DNA of 59,748 nucleotides, counting the filler, from Asterionella formosa (taxonomy: Eukaryota): assembly GCA_002256025.1 (NCBI GenBank). It is 5 parts of 5 records of this genome, joined end to end, with 100 filler letters (N's around TTAATTAATTAA, not from the genome) between each part and the next. Parts side by side here need not be neighbours in the genome. Positions count along the whole stretch, not along the records: positions 11,977 to 23,851 come from NKIB01008089.1; positions 23,952 to 35,823 come from NKIB01008091.1; 3 more parts are not named here. One strand, 5' to 3'. Numbering within the stretch: the first letter of the stretch is position 1; each line of letters starts with the position of its first letter. A program made the translations under genes and the position numbers. Shown in pieces: positions 11,977 to 24,363 of this stretch. The notes beneath the pieces are model-generated. The model worked only from the letters and a program-made list of their open reading frames with translations. It was not told the DNA's origin and made no database searches.

Positions 11977-14909
11977 GAAAGCCGGTGTGATCTTGGAAAT
12001 CTGAATATTGCATGGTCTCTGAATTCAATCCTTGGAGAGTTTTTAGTCTCAATTGTTCGTCCTGTTGTGACTGAATATTGTTATAAACTGAATCGTCGCT
12101 GTCATCATGAAATGGATGATTGTGGCCAATTGATTCAAGGAAAGGACACATAATCTCTTCTTGTTGTCTACTCTCCCTAAATGCTGCAGCAGTTACACTG
12201 CCATTGACTTCTTTCCTTGAATGATTCGATGCTCTACCGCAATACATAGTTTCATTATGTATTCCAGGAACTCGATGTTCTTGCATGCAATGTCGACAGT
12301 GACCATATGCATAGAAAACACGGTTGCTACAATTTCGGTTGTGAGACTCAGATGGGGATTTGTTCTTCCGAAACACAGATAACACCATTGCAATGTCCGC
12401 AAAGGCATTGCAAAATTCAAATGAAGACAAAGTCAGGATATGAACAGGATAGAATGCAAATGAATTGATAATAATAAATTTAGCATCATTCTGAGTCGTG
12501 AAATTATCACTCCACCATAGTAGTAAAAATGGAGGTATACCGCTACATACAGTACAGGCGGCACTACTAGTAGTATAAAGCAGCATCAATGTTTTCCTAA
12601 CATCTATGATATGGTTTGTTTATTGTAGAAGTCTCACACTAACTATATTTTTTATGTAAATACTAAGTATGTATTGGATTCTATTATATCCATTCAAAAT
12701 CAACGTTGTCATCAATGTCCCGTTGATTAATGCGTTCATTGTAATCATTATTCTTCTCAGGAACATTTGGTTGAAGTGGTTCAACATATTGATGCATATC
12801 CTCTTCACTTACGTTGGGAAATGAGAAATATGAGTGTGGGTAGATGATATTTGTTGTGGAAGTAGCAATTCCACTAGGATTCCTTCCATATTCAGATCGA
12901 TTCTTTTGTGAAAGTCCAGTGTAGATCTCCTTATAATAACCGAGTAAATCAATATCATCAGTCCATTGATCAGTGAGACCATTTGAAACTGAACTTTCTT
13001 CCCTTGCTCACACTTTTTTATTAAGTGGTTTCCTACCAATGTCGACAAAATCGGTAGAATGACGAATATCGTTGCTTCTCTGAAATTTCATGGTTATTTG
13101 GATTGAGACCCAAATATTTTTGTTGCAATCGGAATTTTCCTTTCAGCACCAAGAAGCAAAAGGCTTCTGTACTGGCATTGATAAGCGAACCAACAAAACG
13201 TGATTGCAATTCACACTGTTCCCGAAGACTGAGTTGAAATTTGGCTTGGTCACACCAGATTTATCTCCTGTTAAAAATGGTTCTCCACGGCTTGCCTGTC
13301 CTGCCTATAAAATACACTGGAGCAAGAACGTCAAGCCAGACTTGGTATCCTTGTCTTCCCCTCTAAATGTCCTTTGACTGCGCAAAACGATAAAGCGTGA
13401 ACTAATAAAGTCATCAATATCCATAGTCTGGAAGTTATATTCTGTTAGACCAGCTGGTGTGTCATGAATTATGTTAGCATTTTTAAATTGAAACATATTT
13501 GATAAAAATGTAATCACCGACTCAAAACATCATGCCTTCGGAGCATCTCCCGCCCTGCAAGAACTTACCTAAGATTCCTTTAAATTGATTATTCAATACA
13601 TTCTGACATTCTCTCAACTTTTTAATGCACATGCCACCAAATATTGATTTAANNNNNNNNNNNNNNNNNNNNNNNNNNNNNNNNNNNNNNNNNNNNNNNN
13701 NNNNNNNNNNNNNNNNNNNNNNNNNNNNNNNNNNNNNNNNNNNNNNNNNNNNNNNNNNNNNNNNNNNNNNNNNNNNNNNNNNNNNNNNNNNNNNNNNNNN
13801 NNNNNNNNNNNNNNNNNNNNNNNNNNNNNNNNNNNNNNNNNNNNNNNNNNNNNNNNNNNNNNNNNNNNNNNNNNNNNNNNNNNNNNNNNNNNNNNNNNNN
13901 NNNNNNNNNNNNNNNNNNNNNNNNNNNNNNNNNNNNNNNNNNNNNNNNNNNNNNNNNNNNNNNNNNNNNNNNNNNNNNNNNNNNNNNNNNNNNNNNNNNN
14001 NNNNNNNNNNNNNNNNNNNNNNNNNNNNNNNNNNNNNNNNNNNNNNNNNNNNNNNNNNNNNNNNNNNNNNNNNNNNNNNNNNNNNNNNNNNNNNNNNNNN
14101 NNNNNNNNNNNNNNNNNNNNNNNNNNNNNNNNNNNNNNNNNNNNNNNNNNNNNNNNNNNNNNNNNNNNNNNNNNNNNNNNNNNNNNNNNNNNNNNNNNNN
14201 NNNNNNNNNNNNNNNNNNNNNNNNNNNNNNNNNNNNNNNNNNNNNNNNNNNNNNNNNNNNNNNNNNNNNNNNNNNNNNNNNNNNNNNNNNNNNNNNNNNN
14301 NNNNNNNNNNNNNNNNNNNNNNNNNNNNNNNNNNNNNNNNNNNNNNNNNNNNNNNNNNNNNNNNNNNNNNNNNNNNNNNNNNNNNNNNNNNNNNNNNNNN
14401 NNNTATTAATGGTATCATCGACAGGAGCCATTTTTCTTGTATCAACAACTGAAAAAGAAACGTCATCATCGCTTCAGTATCAATTACGGGAGCCTTTGTA
14501 CTAGTAGCTGATGGTGTCCTTATCGACAATGGGGTAGTGCCCCCACTAACTCCCTGTTGCCGATTGGGTTCCTTTGGATAATCGCCTATTCGCTTTTTCT
14601 TTGTTAACTAATTTTGGTACTTGCTTGTTCTTTGCTCCATACCGGCAGTATTTGACACATGTTTCTTGTTTCCATGAACTTCTTTATGGTTTTTTTAAGA
14701 CGATGTACTACTAGGTAGCTGTTGTCGTTCTCTTCCTTAAAGTCCGATGATCTTAAAATCAGGTGTTGCAAGCTACAATGAAATGAATCATGCATCAGCC
14801 ACTACATATAATATTTTACGCTGTCTAGATATGATACCATAAAACCAACAGTGCTATTTACATTATCATATAAAAAGTCAGAACCGAGTTTGAGTAATAG
14901 CATATCTTG

Positions 14910-15362
14910 TTTTCAATTATACAATTATACAATCCTAAAAATACGATGATATACTGTCCCGCTGCAGTATTAACAGTCATGAACATATAGTTTTCTGTTG
15001 GTCGCTTACTACTCTGACTACTCTCTTTCAATTTTATGATCGTACAATCCTAAAACTATGATGATTTACTGTCCTGCTGCAGTAGCAGCAGTCATGAACA
15101 TATGGTGCTCTGTTGCTCGCTTACTACTCCGACTATCCTTTTTCAATTTTATGATCATACAATCCTGAAACTATGATGATTTATTGTCCTGCTGCAGTAG
15201 CAGCAGTCATGAACATATGGTGTTCTGTTGCTCGCTTATTAATCTGACTATCCTTTTTCAATTTTATGATCATACAATGAACAATGATGCTTTACTGTCC
15301 CACTGCAGTTGCAACAGTCCTGAACATATGGTGTTCTGTTGCTCGCTTATTACTCAGACTAC
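14910..15362 (+). repeat. Tandem repeat, ~115-bp unit, ~4 copies
   Basis: GTC(A/C)TGAACATAT recurs at 14976, 15091, 15206 and 15317 with matching flanks (CTGCAGT...TCTGTTG(C/G)TCGCTTA). Confidence 0.92.
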
Positions 15363-15639
15363 CCCCAGTATATCACTTCCTACCTGCTACTGGTACTCTG
15401 TGGTATATATATGATAAAATGTTATTGTTGTATGATGTACCGGTACACATGAAGAACTCTCGCCTAAAAAAGTGGCTTAAACAATTTGCAACCAAAATCC
15501 TTGCGTATAAATAATGATACAAACGGGTTATGACTTACACCAATTGAATGGTCTGCCGGTAAATAATTAGTTCTAATGGATGTAGAAAATTTTGATGCAA
15601 ACAAATTTCAGAAACAGTACCGGTACACGAAGTCGTGGA

Positions 15640-17060
15640 AAACAATGGACATATCATGCATTGAATATTTTTGAATTATCTATATGCAAATATGTTTATC
15701 TCAACAATACCAGAATGCCATATTGAGAGTGCCTTTGAATTTTATAAATTTACGACACTTGATATATTTATATAATTACAAATTTTATAAATATATACAT
15801 GGCAAATATATTTGAAATCGTTTTGTCATGTTACCAAACAATGCCTGCTTCATGAAAAGAAATATCGTAGTAAAGCACATGACAAGAAAGTAAAGTTTAC
15901 GCAATACATAACGAAAAACATTGTGGCTTCGACACATTGCGCCTTCGAAGGATGGAGTATGTTTAAGGTAATGAAGCCATCAATGTGGTACTTGGATGAC
16001 ACTCATTGGGAGGCAGGACAAAAACAAATTGTAAACTAAACGCACATTTCCTTTTTTCTCAGTTGATTCAACAGCTCGTTGCGCTTGTTGGGGAGCACCA
16101 ATAAAAAAAAATTGGTAAGTGCTCTTGTTGTTGGACCTATTCACTTCTGATTGAACGTAACTGACGGACACGCCACGTTTACCTTCTCTCAAAGTTAAGC
16201 TAACGAAAATGAATCTGTAAGTTTTATTCGGCAACATTGGAAACATGAAACTTACTTATTCAAGAATTTACTGACATTTTACGATTACAGACATATGCAT
16301 CACTTGCTTTGATTTGTGGAAAGTGAAGCAAGCAAGAGAATACGATGGAATGGCGTAATGTTGTGTCAGTGTAACATGTCCAGCTAACAAGTCATTCCTT
16401 CTCATTGTTACTGTAACTGCATAGGACAAAAAAATCTATCAAACAATGGAATAGTCTGCGAGTTCAGAATGACACTAACAGCAGGGAGAGAGACGCAACA
16501 TTAGTAAGGCACTGCTTGGCACAAGATTCAGAAAAGAGGAAGAAAAGGGCGAGACAGGAACAATATACATTGAGCCGAGTGGAGAGGAGAGAAACATTCC
16601 TTGGGTAGCTGTCAAAACAGAAATATCATTGTTAGTTTTGTTAATTAAATTACGATCCATTCCAATCCTTTTTGAACAATGCTTGTGAATCGAATTATGA
16701 TCATGTTTAAGATAGATTTATAATGAAACAATTCACATGATAGCATAGAGTTGAGCTGATTTTAGGATGCGATGTAGTAATAATTTACATCTGGCAATCA
16801 TGAGAAGTGAAAAATAATACGAGAAGATTTATGAGTTTATGATATTGATGAGAAATGTTGTTGATCAGTTGATGTACATTGTGTGATGACAATGTTCTTT
16901 TTATCATTATACTTCAAGGTCGGTAAAAAATTAATGGTTTTGATCAAAAAATTATCATATATACGAAAATCCTGTGCCACTTAGCGTACAATATCCTTGA
17001 TCCTATATGCATGATACATTTTATTTGCAGATGGTACTGAACCCACAGATAAAACCGAGT
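15640..17060 (+). mobile_element. Unclassified diverged repeat/element, homologous to the reverse complement of ~27840-29330 on scaffold 3
   Basis: Collinear shared blocks include TCATGCATTG, TACAGA(C/A)ATATGCATCA, CAGCTAACAAG, GATCATGTT, ATACTTCAAG.TCGGTAAAA, AAAATCCTGTGCCA, GCGTACAATA.CCTTGATC.TATATGCATGATAC and TTTTATTTGCAGA. Confidence 0.7.
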
Positions 17061-17134
17061 GCAATTATTGGATAGCTTCAATGTACTTTAAAATTTCATT
17101 GTTCAAAAAATAATGAGAACATGAGATATTGCAA

Positions 17135-18966
17135 TGCTGCATGGCTGTTTGTCTCCATTTGACATTTCACTTGGGTTTTTTGGTTCTAAGACTTTCCTGT
17201 CGTGTTATTGCTGTAGTTCTGTTAGTACAGCCTCAACGCTTGCATCACCAAACATCTTTATGCCTTTTTTCATGTTATATTGCCTCATAGCAGTATGTTC
17301 AAGAGTTGCATGGAGGTGACCATAGTCCTGGGGCTTTCTGGGCCTTAGCTAGCTGGTATGCGTTTTGTACAAGTTCTGTATTTTGCATCCATTTCCTCTT
17401 CCACTGGCGCCTGTCATAGGTAATTCTTGCAAATATTCATGCTCTATTATCATAGCATAATCATCCATTTCCTGATTGTCATGTTCATTTTCAATTTCAT
17501 TGTTGTCATGATGTTCATGGGCCATTTCAGCGTTTTGCATTTTCATCTGCAGTGTACACTCCTGCAATGGGGACGTCTGTAGGATGGTCATATGCTCCTG
17601 AAATGGGGATGTCTGCACTAGGATGGTTATCATTGCTGTCATCTTGTTCACTATCAGTGTCATCATCTCAGGGTCATAGTCGTCATCCATGTCAGAGGCG
17701 TCAGGGGCATATGTCTCATCGACGGAGCTGTTGCCATTGTCTGGGTCTAGGAAAGGGTTTCCAATTCGATCTGTAAATGCTAGTCCAGCAGCTCCCGCTC
17801 CAACAGTGCGATGGGCAAGCACATGAACCCGGTCAATAACCTCTGCAGGCATCGGAAGCGCTGTCCAGTGATTGCAGTTAAGTAATCGCCCAGTAGGTAA
17901 TCTTTAAAAATAGTATGCGCCTTAAGCGTTACCTCTGGGTCATAGGGCAGTGGCGCCTGTGGTGCAAGTAGCCTTGGAATTGTCGTGTTCTTCATGCACC
18001 TGAGCATATGTGCCGAACTCGAGTCGACAGTTTTTTGTATAGTTCAGTTTGGTACCAATCACAAATGCATGGGGGCTGAGCATGTCGGAAATCCCATCGG
18101 TGGTAGGGAAACTGTTTAGCCAGAAAACGCTGGCTGTAGTAGATCATTTCAATGGTCATCCTTGCAGGCGTATGTTTAAATGGCAGCATGTTGTATACAC
18201 AGCGTGCTCGTTCCTTTACTGTGCGGATATATTGTTCAACGCACTTCTGGCATGTGCTCATCACTGGCTACAGTGTTTAATCTAATGTTGAGACTAGCTA
18301 GATCACCTCGTAGTGATTCAAATTGTCCATCCATCAGTAGAGTTGTGAGGTTAAAACCCCGTTTCATATACATGTTCTTGACTTGCTTGATAGCAGTGAG
18401 TATGGTTTTATTTTGTTGATTTTGGGGCATTTCCGCAGTGCCGAATTTTACTTTTCGAGAGATTGTCATAAAGAATGCATGGTATCTTGTTGACTAACCC
18501 ATAATGTCTCCACCAATCATGACATCCCTGCAGCGACTCATAATTGTAGCAAGAATTTCAGTGAATTTGATCTCTACATACTCTGTAGAGTGCCGAATGG
18601 TTTCGCCTTTTAGTGATCCAATGACATCCAGACCAAAAATGTCCTCAGCAGCTAATATGTCATTTCGTGTCACAAGACAGTTGGGAAGGAGTTTGTTTTC
18701 CAAAATGCAGTTGTGCTGGGTCTTCCAATAGTCTTTTGGATTTGATGAGCTAAACATGCACGCGAGTAATCACGATTGGTATAGTTAGACTTGTTATTGT
18801 CTACTGTATTGACCAATGTGAAATTCTTTGCGCTATCAGCAGTATCTAAGAAATATATCCCTCGTTCTGATTGTTTGAACACTTGGGTGGCCTTGTCTGG
18901 CTTGTGAATCACGAATTCGTTCCCATTGTTGCTATCATATGTGACATGGTACCCCTTTTTCTTCAT
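17135..18966 (-). mobile_element. Ty1/Copia pol fragment (GAG-pre-integrase, integrase, start of RT), decayed
   Basis: PNCLVTRNDILAAEDIFG; MTISRKVKFGT; LLMDGQFESL; ASDEHMPEV; IRTVKERARC; PAEVIDRVH; YNMKKGIKMFG...ELQQ*HDRKV. Many frameshifts and stops. Confidence 0.9.
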
Positions 18967-18970
18967 GAAG

Positions 18971-19028
18971 AAAGCGTAAGTCTGTAATGCTGCAAAGATT
19001 CGCTGATAGATGAAGAAGTCGAAAATCG
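18971..19028 (+). repeat. 58-bp direct repeat, copy A (copy B at 21634-21691)
   Basis: AAAGCGTAAGTCTGTAATGCTGC.AAGATT.GCTGATAGATGAAGAAGTCGAAAATCG, with 2 mismatches between the copies. Confidence 0.92.
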
Positions 19029-20166
19029 CAAATCGCGGCGATTTGATAATTTTGGAGATTCATCATTCATAAGTCTGTTTGTAGAAACCTTCATAGGCTT
19101 TGTTCTCCTGTGATGATCACAACACGGTACAGCTATCACAGTGAACAATACAACCTCACCATATATATTAAACTGTCACACACCTCTGGAATCATGATTC
19201 TTGTCTTCCATTGTCTTGCAGCACCTCACAGGTTGATTGCAGCGTTTAGTCAGTCGTCTGGAGCTGAGGATTTTTTCCAACAGTATGCAAGGGACGAGCA
19301 AAAGACCGGATATTGTCGCACAACTTTGTGCACCAGAATCTCACTCAGTTGTCCATTTTCGTTCCTCTTCTTTCTTGTGGAAGCAGCGATAGCGATGATA
19401 TGATCATTGCGTTGATTTGAATGATAAGTTGAGCAATGGAAGTCGTAATATTCTTAAAGTCGGACATTCTTGGCAACGACACAAGGAACCGATTGGCGAA
19501 GGTTTCAAGCAACACAACAATCAAACAGATCAGCAGGGATAAAGGAAGCAGCAAAAGTGTTATTCTATCTACAGCTATAGCAATGGCTGCATGCAAATTA
19601 CTAGCAAACGGCGTTCTAATCCATCAGATTGTCTAAGTGCCCCCAATCATATAATAATAGCTAATCATTATTTCCTATAGTTTGCTTGCTATCATTTATA
19701 CAGTTTATAAGGTCACAGATACTAAGAAAAGCACCACCGTTGTCAATCAATTGATTTAGCATTGCTAGTGGTTTTGTCATGCATAGTGTGCCGGAGAGGT
19801 ATGTCAATGGCCGATTTATCCAGAATAAGAAAGGAGTAACATAAAGTACTAGAAGTATTTGTTGAGAGACTCCACCAAAATTTCGGTGAACCTATAGAAA
19901 AAACCGACTAAAACAACACGGAAAATACAAGCATTCGATAACGGCGAAGGTTGCATGTGCTCAGGAGCCTCAACCAGGGATTCTAAACAAATAGTAGCTA
20001 CCGGATTAGGTTTTTTTGACTTCGTCCACTAAAGGTAAATTCTAACGAATTTCGGATCTGTTTGTTCGTTAGGTTAAGAACATCGATCAATCAAGCTGTT
20101 GTGTTAAAAATTCTAATTGAATGATTAGATCAGAAGATATGATTACACATAAACTGCTACATCTAA

Positions 20167-20550
20167 CCCGCATATTATGTGAAGTGACCGCGTAAATAAG
20201 CCTAGTTGATTTTGAATGGATCACATGAATTAGTTGAATACATCAAATGCTTACTTGAATATATCTATATATTACCTGAATACAAGACGTTAATTATTTG
20301 ATCAGCGTATCATGCATGCAATCGTTATCATCACTATATTACGTGATCATCTTCACGTAATTATTTGAAATACTTCATTTAATTCTGTAATTTAGTTCAC
20401 ATTGCCTTACAATTTTGTTCACACAATTCTATAATATAGTTCACGAAATGTATTAAATTTGTTTACATAATTCTGTATTTTTGTTCATGTAATTTAAAAG
20501 TACTATCAAATAATGTTGATAAACAATTCAAATATTTCACATTACATGGG
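20167..20550. mobile_element. Putative MITE with CCC...GGG termini, AA flanks and internal TTCAC-type subrepeats
   Basis: Left end CCCGCATATTATGTGAA versus reverse-complemented right end CCCATGTAATGTGAA; AA on both sides (possible 2-bp TSD); AT-rich interior with repeated GTTCAC/TTCAC motifs. Confidence 0.5.
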
Positions 20551-20554
20551 AAAC

Positions 20555-21625
20555 TGTTAGAAAATGTGGAAACAGACTCATCAGACTATAATGGAGGTAC
20601 TGAATGTATTCACATGACTAAAAAGAAACAGAACAAGGCCACGTCGTCGCCAAGAAAGTGTCACCAACAAGGGTACCAAAATAGGCACCAGGTGCACTCT
20701 ATAAAATATAGGCTATACTCATTCTTTTATAGTTATCTGGTTTACGTTGATAAAGCCTCCTCTGTATGCTTGTATTCTGGAAGTTGTTGTCTTATAGAGG
20801 ACACAACTGAACTCAAGTCACACTTGTGGATTCATCATAACTATAAAAGAAAAAGAATGGGGTCCGGTGACACAGCTGCCGATGATGGCGGCAGGAGCGG
20901 AACTCCAACTCAAAAGGAAAAGAAGGAGACACCAGGCAGCGGGAAAAAGCCACCCTTCCGGTCTGCAAATCCAAACAAAAGAAACACTGTACCAAGACAC
21001 ACAAGTTCGAAGGAAAATGTGATGACATAAAGGCCACATTTACGACTGCTCAGACGCCTGACAGTCAAATCTGTTTGTTAAGAGCACAAAGGAAGTTGCT
21101 GGATATGTCGGAATGACAAACAAATATGGTGGAGACATTAGGCTTGCTGTGGAGAACCTCGAGCTACCCATTATCAATGAGCCATCAGACCCACCAGCTG
21201 GAGCAACCAGGACCTAGGAGCGCATCTGGGAGAAGCAAGTAGATGATTATGTCAAGCAAATCAAGTATCTTAATGAAAACATCAAGACCCTCTATTCATT
21301 GGTATGGGGGCAGTGCACTGATGTCAAGCACCAAAAGTTGAGGCATTACCCAACTTCAATGGAATGTCAAGTGAGGGTGATGGTGTGTCTCTCCTCAAGG
21401 CAATAAAGAATATGGATTTTAATTTTCAAAGCCAGAAACAATACTTGCCAAATTCAATATATTTCAGAACATGGTAGATGTGATTGATCACACCAGTCAA
21501 ACAGTTGGACATCAACCTGGACTAGAACAACTAATCATGACTGAGCTCAACATCATCCCTGCAACAGCCACCTAACTTGACAGGCTAACAGCAAAGAAAG
21601 AGGCACAAGGAAGGTTCTTGGCACA
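20555..21625 (+). mobile_element. Copia 5' fragment: putative LTR (~20555-20837) and frameshifted gag
   Basis: CoDi-like Gag pieces KFEGKCDD.KGHIYDC, FVKSTKEVAGYVG...YGGDIR, RIWEKQVDDYVK and LYSLVWGQCTD. The upstream TGTTAG...TTCATCA segment contains TATAAAA and is only tentatively the LTR. Confidence 0.8.
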
Positions 21626-21633
21626 TTAGAAAC

Positions 21634-21691
21634 AAAGCGTAAGTCTGTAATGCTGCCAAGATTTGCTGATAGATGAAGAAGTCGAAAATCG
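21634..21691 (+). repeat. 58-bp direct repeat, copy B
   Basis: Matches 18971-19028 at 56 of 58 positions. Confidence 0.92.
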
Positions 21692-21834
21692 AAACCACTA
21701 CAATCAACCCCTCCTTTTGCTTAGGTTAATTTTGCTAAGAAAAAACAATACATATAAGGATTCTTTTTACAATGACTTTCAACTGCCCATTTTAGCAATG
21801 AACGTTTGAAGCACAAAAGGTTGCATGTGAGATT

Positions 21835-21882
21835 TGACAGAAACTCCGAAATACAAAATGACAGAAACTCCGAAATACAAAA
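21835..21882 (+). repeat. 24-bp tandem duplication
   Basis: TGACAGAAACTCCGAAATACAAAA, two copies. Confidence 0.9.
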
Positions 21883-23400
21883 GCAACTTACAAAACTGTG
21901 TTAAATCTAGAATCGACCTCTTATCACATTTTCCAAAAGGACAAAACAGAAAGCAGACTTCGCAAAAGACTGCCAAAGAAAGCCCAGAGACAAATGCAGA
22001 AAATGGTCGCATATCGGGTTTTCTCGTTCTTTTGCGGTTTTCGTGCGTTGTTTTATCCGGGATTTTGCGGTCTTTTGTGAACTTCGCATTCTTTTGCGGC
22101 CTTTCAATTTCATTCATCATTCGATTTCTTTCAGTGTCATACTACCAGGTATACGATTTCTTGCTTAGCAGTAAATTTTTGGACTTTTTTGACAAACCGT
22201 CATCCATGACAAGAACGCTACCATTACTTCGTAGTAACTGGTAGTACCTGGATCTGTTATACTTCCTTGTTCAGGTAAAGGAACCCACTGAATGCAACAT
22301 CCATACATACTAGCTGTTGCTCAGTGAATTCAGATAGACAGGTCTGATGTTTATATCCACAATGCTTCTTGTCTCAGCAGTTACCGAAATTGAAAGTATA
22401 CTGGTAGGTACATTCATACTGAGTCCTAGNNNNNNNNNNNNNNNNNNNNNNNNNNNNNNNNNNNNNNNNNNNNNNNNNNNNNNNNNNNNNNNNNNNNNNN
22501 NNNNNNNNNNNNNNNNNNNNNNNNNNNNNNNNNNNNNNNNNNNNNNNNNNNNNNNNNNNNNNNNNNNNNNNNNNNNNNNNNNNNNNNNNATTATGTCAAA
22601 ACATATTAGCTAATATCTAGATTGCATAACGGTCAGTTAGGAGGTTCTGCGCTTAAGTGCAATGTAGTTCTCTTGATGATGATGCTGTCCTTTGTGCAAA
22701 GAAGCAGAGAGGGTCTTGACACGAGTTTCGGGCATTTCTGTTTGGGTGCTGTGGAAAGGGACAGTGGCTCCTGAAGCGAGGAAGCAACGGAGGGACGATA
22801 GTGAATGCAAACCAGTGAATGCTGGAGATTATGGGACTTTAACGCGGCCTGCTGTATCTGCGGTTAATTTTATCAAGTTTAATAGATTACTCCATCAAAA
22901 GTTTGTCAGGAGACTCAGAAAACTTAAATCAGACCAAATAATACTCCGAATCCGAATAAATAACAGCTACTGGAATATTATGGTGTACTGGTACCATTGC
23001 TGAAGAAGAAAAAAGATGCCAAATATTAAATATATTAACTCCTCAAAGTAGGCATTGCTTGATGCGGTCATTTCATTAATTCATTCTGACTCATCAGCTC
23101 ACTCATCAGCGCCTGGTTCCGGTTGTTCATTTTGGTATCGTCCCAATTCTTTTGAGCTTCCTGAAACTTTTAAATACCTTTCTTTCAACCTTTTCACTGG
23201 TAGCTTCAGAGCACACGAGGTACATGCATTTCAAAAGGCTCAATCGAAAACTAGAACCACAACAAGCTCGGGAGTAGCTTGGCCTACGTAGAAGAACTCT
23301 TAAAAACTGGTAGCCATCGCAACGAGAACCTTAGCACGACAAAAAGATGCGAACGTATCTTATAACTGTTACTCACCCAATCATAGACTACCGGTATTAC

Positions 23401-23805
23401 GGTAGGCTTCACGTAAATACATAAATAGCGCGAGGTAGGAACACTGAAGAATTCACGACTTGTCGCGTTGCTAAGAACCGTTTGTCAGGCAAAAACCACG
23501 GGATCTGCCAGCGCATAGTTAAAGACAAATAATGCAGCTGTTAAAGAGCATCGCCACCGCATCGACCAGTTTTATCAGAGAGGTACTTTTCAGGTGTGGC
23601 TTGGCATACTTTTAACATAGGTTTTATGGTAGGCTTCATTTGATTACAAAAATAGCGCGACGAACGAATTAATATCTTGTCGCGTTGCTCAGAACCGTTG
23701 GTCAGGCAAGAACCATGGGATTTGCCAGCGCATAGTTGTCTTCAAACAATGCAGCTGTTTTAGAGCATCGCCACCTCATCGAAGAGTTTTTTATCACGGA
23801 GGTAC
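23401..23805 (+). repeat. Two ~180-bp direct repeats, period 227 bp (23401-23586, 23628-23805)
   Basis: Shared GGTAGGCTTCA, AAATAGCGCGA, CTTGTCGCGTTGCT.AGAACCGTT.GTCAGGCAA, TGCCAGCGCATAGTT, AATGCAGCTGTT, AGAGCATCGCCACC and GAGGTAC. Confidence 0.92.
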
Positions 23806-23851
23806 GGGAAACGCCGTTCTCCGTCGGTATGTGGAAAATTCCTTGTATGTG

Positions 23852-23951
23852 NNNNNNNNNNNNNNNNNNNNNNNNNNNNNNNNNNNNNNNNNNNNTTAAT
23901 TAATTAANNNNNNNNNNNNNNNNNNNNNNNNNNNNNNNNNNNNNNNNNNNN
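23852..23951. other. Artificial scaffold linker
   Basis: N44-TTAATTAATTAA-N44. Confidence 0.97.
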
Positions 23952-24363
23952 TGGAATGTTTCAACGATCACCTTTAAAGTGTTTCACCTGCCCATTCTGC
24001 GTGAATTGCTAAGTATTTGATTCGCTTTTCCGGATCCCACTTCCGTTGGGCTTGGAGTCACATAAGCTTTACTACAATTTATACTCTCGCTCCCCCTCAG
24101 AAGTACGTCAATATTGCAGGAATGAGTATTCCCTTAAATTGTCAGAGAATCAGTACAGGGACAATTGTAATGAAATGGACAATTGTGCATGTTGGGATAT
24201 TGAAATTGTGACCGCCATTGAGCAGGTCATTGTTCATGAACTGCATCCCTCAAACATTCATGTAATTGTTGAATCTCAAGACAGAAATGACTAGAATACT
24301 ACTGAACGTCCTTATCCATCTAACAGGTTTTATCTCCAACCCTCCATTGAATTCGTTCTTATT

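Noticed and set aside
13522..14529. Long ORFs spanning N-runs (also 22347-22613 and 51817-52230)
   Set aside because: They are open only because of assembly gaps.
14910..15362. CRISPR-like array (also considered for 25698-26017 and 34489-34585)
   Set aside because: Whole units repeat with no unique spacers, there are no cas genes, and the context is eukaryotic; these are ordinary minisatellites.
21779..22244. Overlapping ORFs on both strands as genes
   Set aside because: Low-complexity translations arising from a repeat-like, probably transposon-terminal sequence; no domain signal.
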